Shown in pieces: positions 44,746 through 54,456 of a stretch of 64,000 nt of DNA. The DNA lies in IMG/VR virus record IMGVR_UViG_3300025872_000001, one strand, 5' to 3'. Source of the stretch: a virus. Positions within the stretch are counted from its first letter, which is position 1. Each line of letters starts with the position of its first letter. The translations under genes and the position numbers were made by a program. Below the pieces are notes generated by a model, which saw only the letters and a program-made list of their open reading frames with translations, was not told where the DNA came from and did not search any database.

Positions 44746-47700
44746 ATGGGTAAGTATTATCTAGGCACAGGTAATCAACAGATTAATTTCCAAGTCGTTG
44801 ACTCGACGGGAGTTATAAATGATTTAAATTTAAGCGGCCTGTATCTAAGTATCACTGGCAAAGCCACCGATGCTGATAAACTAGATAATTACGATAGTTC
44901 ATTTTTTAGAAACGCGGCAAATTTAACTGGAACATACACAGGATCAGTTAGCGGTAAAGCTGCTGATTCTGAACTTCTTGATGGTCTTGATAGTTCTTAT
45001 TTTTTAAATGGCGCGAATATTACTGGAACTGTTGCCTTAAGCGGAACGTTTACAGGTTATTATACTGGCGCATTCAGTGGTACTATCACCCATACTGATT
45101 CGATTACATTTCACTCTGGATTAGGAATTAATCCTGATCCTGCGGAATTAAGTTGGGAAGATGGGGTAGGCACAATGAATCTTGGCCTTAAAGGAGGCAA
45201 TGTTGATTTGCGTGTTGGCTTACAAAATTATGAGTATGTAACAAATCGTACTGCATCTACAATTTCAAAAGGTTCAGTTATTTATGTTAGTGGCGCGCAA
45301 GGTAATCGCCCATCAATTTCTTTAGCTCTTGGAGCAGCAGATACTACTTCAGCAAATACATTTGGTTTGGCCGCTGAAGATATCGCTTCGATGGCAGACG
45401 GTTATGCTATCACAAATGGCTTGCTCACTAATCTTAATACAACTGGATTTGCAGAAGGCGCAGCCCTTTATCTTTCACCAACAGTTTCTGGCGCGATCAC
45501 TTCAACTAAACCACAAGCTCCACAGCATAGTGTATTAGTTGGTTTCTGTGTTCGTTCACACCAGAGCGCGGGTGAGATTCTCGTTAAAATTCAAAATGGT
45601 CTTGAGATTGATGAGCTTCACGATGTTAGAATATTAAACAAGCAAAATAATGATATTATTAGGTATCATGCGCCTTCTGGCGTTTGGTATAATAGCGATA
45701 CACTGGCGATTAATGGAACTGGCGCGAATTATATTTCTGGAGATTTAGGAATTGGTATCGCTTCGCCAAGTGCAAAGCTTCATATTTTTGGCGCAGATAA
45801 AAGACAGATTATTACTTCGACAACAGACAATGCGGCGCTTGTTCTTGGTCAGTGGGACGGCACAACAAATCGCATTGAATCTTCTACAAGAAAACTTTTA
45901 TTAACATCTTATGCTAATGGAATTTCATTAGGCATCAATGGATCTGAAAATGTACACGTTAGCACAAGTGGATATTTAGGAATTGGAACAACAAGTCCAT
46001 TAACAACATTAAATTTATCTATTTCTGGGGGAAACGGTCCGGTATATCAAACATTCACTGATACTACAAACGCATATCATCACGGATATGTTGGGAAAAA
46101 CGGTGGCGGACTAGTATTTGGATTTTCAAGTCAAAATGGAAGTTTTTCCACCGATGAAAAGATGCGGATTACAACATCGGGTAATGTTGGTATTGGAACA
46201 ACCTCTCCTGGATATAAACTTGATATCCAAGGAGGATCAATTAGAGTTCTTGATGCCGCTGGCCCAGTTATTAATTTATCCGATAATTCAACTAGAAATT
46301 GGGACATTGGATTAAACGCTACAACTGACGCTTTCTATATTAGAGATGTTGTAGCAGCTGTCACCAGAATGACAATTAATACTTCTGGTAGCACGACGTT
46401 TGATGGCGAACTCACACTCATTGGTTCAAAATTGGCCTTTACCGATGACGGAACAAATATTAACGCAACGGTGACGAGTCGAAGACTTCAACTTGTTGCA
46501 ACTGGAAGTTCTGTTGTAACTGGCTACAATACCGATTTCTATTTCTCAAATGAGACATCTGTTGCGAAATATAATGGCAATGTTGGTATTGGCATAACAA
46601 ATCCCACTAACAAATTAGAAATTGCGACAGGAAATTCTGCCACAACTGGTATTAGAGTTAGAGACTCTGCTAACGGTGTTTGGACAGATATATACAGAGC
46701 AACTATAAAATTTTTTGGTGGGGGAGGAGTTATTGATACAAATGATACAACAGATGCAATAGATATAAGACAAGCTGGTAATAGCAGATTATTTATAGCG
46801 CAATCAAATTCAACATATAATGGAGTTTCAGTTGGAGGTTGGGTTGGTATAGGAACAAGCGCACCTTCGCAACGTTTAGAAGTTTTAGGCGATTTAGATA
46901 TGGCTGGTCTCAAAGTAACGACGACGACTGGCAGAGGAAGAATAACCGTTGCTTCTCAAACTATATCATATAGTTCATATTTAGAATTAAATAGTGGCGA
47001 AAGTCAAATTGCTTTCTTGGATGGAAATTATAATTCTAATCGTTTAAGAATCGCTACAAATCGCACTGGTGCATATATTGCATTTGAGACAGACGCGCAA
47101 AGTGAAAAAATGCGCATTACCAGTTCTGGCAATGTTGGTATAGGAACAACAAGTCCTACATCAAAATTATATGTCAGTGGAGACATTGCTGCAAATGTAG
47201 ATAATTCGCTTGGTGTTAAACTAAATAGAAGTGCCACAAATGTTTGGAATGGTATAGGATACTCCACGGCAAATTCAACCAAATGGTTCGTCGGATTGAG
47301 AGAAAGCGGGGATGACAATTTAAGATGGTACAATTACACCAATACAAGTGAAAAAATGGTTTTAACGGAAGCTGGAAGTCTTGGTATTGGTACTACTACT
47401 CCAACTTATAAACTCCATGTTGTAGGAGATGCCAGAATTGGCACAAATGGACAACGCGTATATTTATTTGATGATGGTAATGCTCATATACATTCTGGTT
47501 CTGGGCCACTTTGGTTAAATGCTGAAGATGCAAGTGGTATATATATTAATAATCAAAACAACGGTAGCGTTTATTTGACTAATGGAACTGGAAGAGTAGG
47601 CATCGGAACCACATCAGTATCATATAATCTTGAAGTAGCTAAAGCGTCAGCTGGAGCAACATTTGCAGTTAATGCTGATATGTCTGCCGCTGGAGAAGCT

Positions 47701-50700
47701 TCAATTATAGCATTTACTTCAAAACAGTATAATACTTATTACAAAGCAGCAATCATTGCTTATGATCCACACGGAGGATCTTGGAATCGTCGTGGATTAG
47801 CATTTTGTGTTAATAATACAACCGATGGAACAAGTGCAACATACGCTAGTGATAAAGCTCTTTATATTGCTCCAGATAAAAGTTCAACTTTTTATGGTAA
47901 TGTTACAATTGGCGGTGATCTAATCATCAACGGAACCACAACTACTGTAAATTCCACAGTAACCACAATTGATGATCCAATTATCACTTTAGGCGGCGAT
48001 ACCGCCCCAACAACAGATGATAATAAAGATCGTGGCGTAGAATTTAGATGGCATAATGGAACTGCTGCTAAAGTAGGATTCTTTGGATTTGATGATAGCA
48101 CTGGATATTTTACTTTTATTCCAGACGCTACGAATAGTAGTGAGGTATTTAGCGGAACTCAAGGCGATATTCAAGCCGTTAACTTCCGTGGAACATTAAT
48201 TGGTTCTCTTAGTAATGCTTTGACAGCTGGATCTTATTTGACCGGAAGTCCTTCTTCAAGTTATAATGGATCAGTGGCGGTTACATTTGCGGTTGATGCA
48301 ACATCCGCAAATACTGCAAGTAAAGTTGTAGCGCGTGATGCATCTGGCAACTTTAGCGCTGGAACAATTACAGCATCTAGCTTTACTGATGGATACAATA
48401 CATTCACGTTGGCCCAGATTAATAGAAGTGGCGGCGCAGTAGAACTTCAATATAATAAAAGCGTGGCCGGTGAGAACGTTCATATCTTCGGAAATACTGC
48501 AAATCGATGGGTATGGCAAGCTGATACAGGTAAATTAGTTCTAGGAACAAATGGCGATACAAATCTTTATAGAAGCGCCGCAGATACGTTAAAGACAGAT
48601 GATAATTTTGTAACTGCGGGAAATATCGGTATAGGAACAACGCCATCTTATAAGCTTGATGTTGCTGGTGCAGGAAGTGATCAGATCGGCGTAAGACTCA
48701 CGCCTGATTATGGAAGGGTAAGATTTAATGGTTATGATTTGCTCGGATATGCCGGCTCAAATATTTGGGCAATTAGTAATGGAAGTTATAATCAATTTAC
48801 TCTTGGAACAAGTTGGAATTGGGATACTTCCTGCGATTTTACTTATACTCCAGGAACAGTTGGTGCGGTGGGCGGATCTTTGATTATAGGTCAGACAAAT
48901 AAAAACAGCGCAACGTTTACTCATGGATATACCGCATTATATACTAATGGTGCTGAAAAAGTAAGAATTAACGCCTCTGGTAATGTTGGTATTGGAACAA
49001 CTACTCCAAACGCAAAACTTGAAGTTTACGACTCGACAAATGCCGTAGGTGGAATAAAGATAAATAATCCAAATTCTGGAACTGGTGCTCATTCTTCATT
49101 ATCTTTTGCGAATAGCAATAGTTCAAATGGCGCTGGAGTAGTATTATTCGGTGGTAGTTGGACTACATCAAATCTTTATCGCCAAGACGGTATGTATATT
49201 TATACAAATCGTAATGGTGGAATGACTCTTGCCGTTGAAACTGCAAATCCAATATATTTTGCAACTAATAATACTGAAAGGGTGCGTATAGATAGCAGTG
49301 GCAACGTTGGTGTCGGAACAACGAGTCCATCTGTAAAATTACACGTCGTTGGCTCGTCTATATTAGCAAATAATACTTCTATAGATCCAGATGCATATGG
49401 AAATACTACTATTGCTGGTAATATTGCTGATGGAGGCGGATGGGGAGTTGGTGCGGCTATTGGCGGAAACAATGGAACTGGAAAATCTTGGGCTATTGGC
49501 GTAAGTGGAGATTTATATTTCGGATATCAGAATGGATCTGCTAATGATACAATGCAGACATTTATGCAGGTTGGAACAAACAGAAATCTGTTTTTTGTTC
49601 CTGTAAGCGGAAATGTTGGCGTCGGAACTACAACACCAACTGCGGCAAAATTACAAATTTCTTCTGGCGGTATTTCAACCCAAGACAGCACAAGAACATT
49701 TGCAAGCACAACGTTTAATTCAGCAATAGGCTCAAGCGATACAAGAACATTAGCATTCAATGGAACTGGCGGTTCATCTGTTTGGTGGTGCGATAGCGGA
49801 ACTCCAAGTTTTGCAATAGATTCTGCTGGCGGAACTACAGGATTTTGGAGATATTCTAGTGGTTGGGTTCAAAGAATGGCTCTTGATGCTAATGGATTTG
49901 GAATTAATACAACTTCCCCAGGTGTAAAACTTACTACAAGAAGTGGCACAAATTCTCTTCCAGCAACAACTGGAACCGCGCAGGCTGGCGCTGGATTGCG
50001 TGTAGAGGGTGGAGATAATGCTGTAATTGACATAGGAGCTAATAGCGTTGATACATGGATTCAAGCAACAGATAAATCAGCATTAGATAATTATTATAGA
50101 TTATTATTAAATCCTCGCGGTGGTAACGTTGGAATCGGAGTAACAACAAATCCAGCTTATAAACTTGAAGTTAACGGTTCATTTGCCGCGACTGGAATAA
50201 CTGTAGCAAAGTCCTCTGGTATCTCGACTATCACATTTCCAGCAGGATTTAATGATCCTGGTTATATTCAGCACGAAGAGTCAACAAATAATAACGGCAG
50301 AATGAGATTCAGCGTTGGTGATGACAATGACGACAACGATTACTTCTCATTCGGTAATACTTCAAGCGGGTTTGTTGAAAGACTGAGAATATCGGCAAAC
50401 GGAAGATTACTGTTGAACTATGGAATGTGGCACCAAAGCTTGGATGGATACAACAGATTCAACTTTACTTCTAATGGCAGAACATACTTTGGCTCTGGAG
50501 ATGGTTATGAATGGAGAAGTGCTGCCGACAGTGCGTTGATGGTATTGCTCAATGGTGGAAGTGTTGGTATTGGAACAACTTCTCCAGGAGAAAAACTTCA
50601 TGTTTCGGGGACTGTTCGAATTGATGGAACAACCGATGGATTGAGAATTTTCAAAGACGGTGGAGCATCGGTAACAAGTACTCTATATATTGCTAACGCG

Positions 50701-51213
50701 GCAAATACTCGGGCATATAATTGGCAGCTAAATGCATCTGGCAATGGATTAGATTTCTTTACATACGACGGAAGCGCTTGGGCATATAAAATAACTTATC
50801 TGGCAAATGGTAATGTTGGTATTGGAACTCAAGCTCCAGCATACAAACTCGAAGTCAACGGATCATTCGCAGCCACAACAAAGAGCTTCGTAATCTCTCA
50901 CCCCACTAAAGAAGGAAAGAAGTTGCGCTATGGCTCACTTGAAGGCCCAGAAAATGGCGTTTATATTCGTGGTAAAACAACATCAAAAGTAATTGAACTC
51001 CCGGATTACTGGACTAAACTTGTTGATCCAGAGTCTATTTCTGTTCAACTTACCCCAATTGGCTCCCACCAAAAACTTTACGTTGAGAAGATTGAAGATA
51101 ATAAAGTATATATTGCCAACGAGAATCTGCTGGCGAAGAACATTAACTGCTTCTTCTATATCTTAGCTGAACGTGCAGATGTCGAGAAGCTCCAAGTTGA
51201 AATAGATGCATAA
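44746..51213 (+). CDS. long modular tail fibre (2155 aa)
   Basis: about 16 GNVGIGTT.P repeats; C-terminal TKSFVI.HP...LRYGSLEGPENGVY.RG domain. Confidence 0.85.
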   Translation: MGKYYLGTGNQQINFQVVDSTGVINDLNLSGLYLSITGKATDADKLDNYDSSFFRNAANLTGTYTGSVSGKAADSELLDGLDSSYFLNGANITGTVALSGTFTGYYTGAFSGTITHTDSITFHSGLGINPDPAELSWEDGVGTMNLGLKGGNVDLRVGLQNYEYVTNRTASTISKGSVIYVSGAQGNRPSISLALGAADTTSANTFGLAAEDIASMADGYAITNGLLTNLNTTGFAEGAALYLSPTVSGAITSTKPQAPQHSVLVGFCVRSHQSAGEILVKIQNGLEIDELHDVRILNKQNNDIIRYHAPSGVWYNSDTLAINGTGANYISGDLGIGIASPSAKLHIFGADKRQIITSTTDNAALVLGQWDGTTNRIESSTRKLLLTSYANGISLGINGSENVHVSTSGYLGIGTTSPLTTLNLSISGGNGPVYQTFTDTTNAYHHGYVGKNGGGLVFGFSSQNGSFSTDEKMRITTSGNVGIGTTSPGYKLDIQGGSIRVLDAAGPVINLSDNSTRNWDIGLNATTDAFYIRDVVAAVTRMTINTSGSTTFDGELTLIGSKLAFTDDGTNINATVTSRRLQLVATGSSVVTGYNTDFYFSNETSVAKYNGNVGIGITNPTNKLEIATGNSATTGIRVRDSANGVWTDIYRATIKFFGGGGVIDTNDTTDAIDIRQAGNSRLFIAQSNSTYNGVSVGGWVGIGTSAPSQRLEVLGDLDMAGLKVTTTTGRGRITVASQTISYSSYLELNSGESQIAFLDGNYNSNRLRIATNRTGAYIAFETDAQSEKMRITSSGNVGIGTTSPTSKLYVSGDIAANVDNSLGVKLNRSATNVWNGIGYSTANSTKWFVGLRESGDDNLRWYNYTNTSEKMVLTEAGSLGIGTTTPTYKLHVVGDARIGTNGQRVYLFDDGNAHIHSGSGPLWLNAEDASGIYINNQNNGSVYLTNGTGRVGIGTTSVSYNLEVAKASAGATFAVNADMSAAGEASIIAFTSKQYNTYYKAAIIAYDPHGGSWNRRGLAFCVNNTTDGTSATYASDKALYIAPDKSSTFYGNVTIGGDLIINGTTTTVNSTVTTIDDPIITLGGDTAPTTDDNKDRGVEFRWHNGTAAKVGFFGFDDSTGYFTFIPDATNSSEVFSGTQGDIQAVNFRGTLIGSLSNALTAGSYLTGSPSSSYNGSVAVTFAVDATSANTASKVVARDASGNFSAGTITASSFTDGYNTFTLAQINRSGGAVELQYNKSVAGENVHIFGNTANRWVWQADTGKLVLGTNGDTNLYRSAADTLKTDDNFVTAGNIGIGTTPSYKLDVAGAGSDQIGVRLTPDYGRVRFNGYDLLGYAGSNIWAISNGSYNQFTLGTSWNWDTSCDFTYTPGTVGAVGGSLIIGQTNKNSATFTHGYTALYTNGAEKVRINASGNVGIGTTTPNAKLEVYDSTNAVGGIKINNPNSGTGAHSSLSFANSNSSNGAGVVLFGGSWTTSNLYRQDGMYIYTNRNGGMTLAVETANPIYFATNNTERVRIDSSGNVGVGTTSPSVKLHVVGSSILANNTSIDPDAYGNTTIAGNIADGGGWGVGAAIGGNNGTGKSWAIGVSGDLYFGYQNGSANDTMQTFMQVGTNRNLFFVPVSGNVGVGTTTPTAAKLQISSGGISTQDSTRTFASTTFNSAIGSSDTRTLAFNGTGGSSVWWCDSGTPSFAIDSAGGTTGFWRYSSGWVQRMALDANGFGINTTSPGVKLTTRSGTNSLPATTGTAQAGAGLRVEGGDNAVIDIGANSVDTWIQATDKSALDNYYRLLLNPRGGNVGIGVTTNPAYKLEVNGSFAATGITVAKSSGISTITFPAGFNDPGYIQHEESTNNNGRMRFSVGDDNDDNDYFSFGNTSSGFVERLRISANGRLLLNYGMWHQSLDGYNRFNFTSNGRTYFGSGDGYEWRSAADSALMVLLNGGSVGIGTTSPGEKLHVSGTVRIDGTTDGLRIFKDGGASVTSTLYIANAANTRAYNWQLNASGNGLDFFTYDGSAWAYKITYLANGNVGIGTQAPAYKLEVNGSFAATTKSFVISHPTKEGKKLRYGSLEGPENGVYIRGKTTSKVIELPDYWTKLVDPESISVQLTPIGSHQKLYVEKIEDNKVYIANENLLAKNINCFFYILAERADVEKLQVEIDA

Positions 51214-51215
51214 CA

Positions 51216-52490
51216 ATGGCCACTTATTATTCACCGAAAATTGTCACGGATGGGTTGGTCTTTTGCTTGGACGCTGCGAGTCGTAATGGAATATCCGCGC
51301 TTGGGTGCGGGGGATTTAATGGCGCTCCCCAGCTGGTCAAAAACATGGCTTCGCCATCTGACGTTATAACTGATGCGGGTGGAGTAAGACTAGGAAATTT
51401 AACTTATTATACAGCGTTTGCCATTGATTATCCAGAAGGAAATTATGGAGGAGATGCGGCAGGAAGACATGGCATTACTCCCGGATATAATGTAAGATCT
51501 GGAACTAAAACATATGATACAAGTAGAGCGCTTCATTTATACGCTTGGAATAATATAACAAATACTTGGATTGAAGGAGAGTTTAATGGTGCTCGTTTGT
51601 CTGGGCATTGTTATGATAATTATACCGGCGCAGAAACTGGATATGCAAATGAATTAGCAAAATTTGTTACCGATTACAACAATGTAAAAACAAAGTATCC
51701 AGACGTTACATTCATTGTGATTGGAAGTCACAGAGCAGATAGATATACTCAAGCCGTAAGAGATATTTTAACCGATCTTGGCAAGCCAGCCGGATATATT
51801 GATTCTGATTATATTGCTGCGCCAGAATGGATACTAATAGGAAAGCCCGGATTGGGAGCGGGTAATTATTATGGTTGGGCGTATGAAAATTACACTACAA
51901 ACCCATCTCAAGTTGCCCATTTAAATTTTGGTTTACCGCTTTTCGGTTCAAAAGATAATTATTTTTTATTTGATGGAGTAGATGATTATATTAGCGCAGG
52001 AAATTTGGGCGCTCAATTTTCAAATTATACTGTTGAGATTTGTTTTAAATCCGATAATGTAGCTAATTACAGAAATCCAATAGACTGTAATTGGCTAGTT
52101 TATAACGGATCTTATAGTAACATAGGACCAAGACTTGAACAGAATAATTCTGGCAATCTAGTATGGGTAGTTGGTGATACATCTGGAAATTATGAGAGTA
52201 GAACAGTTATATCTTCTGGTATGAGCGCTACGCCAATTCATTGCGCCTCTATAACTAAATCTGGTAATCTTGTTACATCTTATTATAATGGAGCGCAAGT
52301 TCAATCTGCAAATCAGACGTATACACATTCTGGTTCTTTTGGCAACGTTCAGATAGGTAGAGGTTTTTCTACATCAGCTGAAAGATGGTTTAATGGAAGG
52401 GTTTATAGTGTTAAAATTTACAATAAAGCGCTTACTACAGCTGAAATTCTTTCAAATTACAACGCGACGAAAGGACGCTTTGGATTATAA
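51216..52490 (+). CDS. LamG/concanavalin-A-like virion protein
   Basis: PKIVTDGLVFCLDAA, FDGVDDYI, IYNKALT..EI..NYNA.KGRFGL. Confidence 0.8.
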   Translation: MATYYSPKIVTDGLVFCLDAASRNGISALGCGGFNGAPQLVKNMASPSDVITDAGGVRLGNLTYYTAFAIDYPEGNYGGDAAGRHGITPGYNVRSGTKTYDTSRALHLYAWNNITNTWIEGEFNGARLSGHCYDNYTGAETGYANELAKFVTDYNNVKTKYPDVTFIVIGSHRADRYTQAVRDILTDLGKPAGYIDSDYIAAPEWILIGKPGLGAGNYYGWAYENYTTNPSQVAHLNFGLPLFGSKDNYFLFDGVDDYISAGNLGAQFSNYTVEICFKSDNVANYRNPIDCNWLVYNGSYSNIGPRLEQNNSGNLVWVVGDTSGNYESRTVISSGMSATPIHCASITKSGNLVTSYYNGAQVQSANQTYTHSGSFGNVQIGRGFSTSAERWFNGRVYSVKIYNKALTTAEILSNYNATKGRFGL

Positions 52491-53171
52491 ATGAGTTATC
52501 ATAATGGGCCAAAAATAACCACAGATGGTTTGGTAATGTTGCTGGATGCGGCTAATCTTAATAGTTATCCAGGAAGTGGAACTGCTTGGACAGATTTAAG
52601 TGGTAGTGGAGCTAACGGAACATTAACAAATGGGCCAACATTTAATAGTGCTAACGGTGGCAGTATAGTTTTAGATGGCACAAATGATTATATACCAATA
52701 TCTGTTCCTAGCAACATAATAAGATTGTATGATTCCACAATATTTTTTGTAGTAAAACTACCTTTATATTCTGGAGGTCAGCGTTGTATATTTTCTTATA
52801 GAGGCGGAAGTGGTGGTAATTTATATGTAGGAAAAGGTTCTGGTGGTATATTTTGCTATTATAATGAACTGAATAATCCTGGATATACAGTTGGAAGTAT
52901 CACTGACAATACAATAGCGATTGTAGCTATAGAATTAAATTATTCTGGAAATAGTATAACAACTACAATTAATGGCTCTAAACAAACTTCTGCAACAAGA
53001 ACCGGATGGGTATCGGCTTATAATACAGTTTTAAATTTAGGTTATGATGCTGGAGGAACTAACGAGTATATGCTGGGTAATTTTTATTGTTTTGCTCATT
53101 ATAATAAAATTCTTTCTGATGGAGAAATTTTACAAAATTACAACGCGCTAAGGGGGCGCTTTGGTTTATGA
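52491..53171 (+). CDS. LamG/concanavalin-A-like virion protein
   Basis: GPKITTDGLV.LLDAAN..SYPGSGT.W.DLSG...YN..LS..EILQNYNA. Confidence 0.8.
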   Translation: MSYHNGPKITTDGLVMLLDAANLNSYPGSGTAWTDLSGSGANGTLTNGPTFNSANGGSIVLDGTNDYIPISVPSNIIRLYDSTIFFVVKLPLYSGGQRCIFSYRGGSGGNLYVGKGSGGIFCYYNELNNPGYTVGSITDNTIAIVAIELNYSGNSITTTINGSKQTSATRTGWVSAYNTVLNLGYDAGGTNEYMLGNFYCFAHYNKILSDGEILQNYNALRGRFGL

Positions 53172-54436
53172 TAGAAGGTCCAATTCAAACTAATAATAAT
53201 GGACTTGTATTTTATTTTGATACAAAAGAGCCAAAAAGTTATGTGGGTGAGCCAACGACAAATCGCAATCAGCAAATTTCAAATTATACTGGGACTAATT
53301 ATGCAGATGGTTCACATGGCGGAGAATGGACATCTAATCCCACAAGATTTACAAAAACATACAATGGCTCAATAATTACTCCAATAGGATTTGGCGCGAC
53401 ATTATGCTCTGAAAGTGGAACGGCTGGATTTCATCATTTAAGCTCAATGGGAGGAGGAGAAGAATCAGGAGCGCATTCTATATCTTGTTATGTTAAACCT
53501 TTAAATTCTATAACTGATTTTACAATTGGTATGTTAGGTGATGGCAGCAATCAAGTTTCTTTTAATCTTTCCACTAAAGCTATTACATATGGCGGAGGCA
53601 TTAGTAATAGAAATGCATTTTGTGTTGAAGTCAGTGGCTTTCCTGGTTGGTTGTATGTTGGCGCAAATATAGAAGGCAGAGCTGGAGGTTGGGTTGGATG
53701 TGTAGGCATAAGTACACATTCAAGCTACACTCCAACAACGCCATATAAAACATTTTATATTACTGGACTTCAATATGAATATAAAGTTGCACCAACAAAA
53801 TTTACAGTTGGAACTAGATCTAACACTCAAGGTTTACTTGATTTAACTGGTAATTCTACTTTAAATTTATCCACAATGACCACTTACACCAATACTTCTG
53901 GTTTAAATTGGTCTGGTAATAATTACATAACAACAGCAAATAATTGCAACTTAACTAGTGATCAAACTTTAACTGCTTGGATAAAACCAACAAAATCAGG
54001 TGCAAATACTGGGCCGCACAATACCGTAATCTGTACTGATCCTGGTTATCAATACGGTATAAAATTAATGAATTATAAAAATAATAGCCGTTATGGTTTA
54101 TGGCTTGGTTTTGGCTCTAGTAATTATGAAGCTTTATATGCTGGTAATATAAATGATGGTGTCAATAAAATGTTTACTGGAACATGGACCCAATCTACTG
54201 GAGTTGTGAAAATTTATATAAATGCTCAATTAGTGTCTACCATTAATACAGGTGTTACAAGTGCAATTTCTTTGAATACTGGTCAAATATATGTTGGAAC
54301 AGGGTATGAATTGGCTTGGGGAAATGGCAATATGTTTGAAGGTGATATATATGCAGCAGCAATTTATAATAGAGCGCTTTCGGACACTGAAATTCTTAAG
54401 AACTTTAACTCCCAGAGAAGCCGTTATTCCGTGTAA
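53168..54436 (+). CDS. LamG/concanavalin-A-like virion protein
   Basis: GLVFYFD..., IYNRALSDTEI..NFN. Confidence 0.8.
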   Translation: MIEGPIQTNNNGLVFYFDTKEPKSYVGEPTTNRNQQISNYTGTNYADGSHGGEWTSNPTRFTKTYNGSIITPIGFGATLCSESGTAGFHHLSSMGGGEESGAHSISCYVKPLNSITDFTIGMLGDGSNQVSFNLSTKAITYGGGISNRNAFCVEVSGFPGWLYVGANIEGRAGGWVGCVGISTHSSYTPTTPYKTFYITGLQYEYKVAPTKFTVGTRSNTQGLLDLTGNSTLNLSTMTTYTNTSGLNWSGNNYITTANNCNLTSDQTLTAWIKPTKSGANTGPHNTVICTDPGYQYGIKLMNYKNNSRYGLWLGFGSSNYEALYAGNINDGVNKMFTGTWTQSTGVVKIYINAQLVSTINTGVTSAISLNTGQIYVGTGYELAWGNGNMFEGDIYAAAIYNRALSDTEILKNFNSQRSRYSV

Positions 54437-54456
54437 ATATATAAAGAATTTAAATT

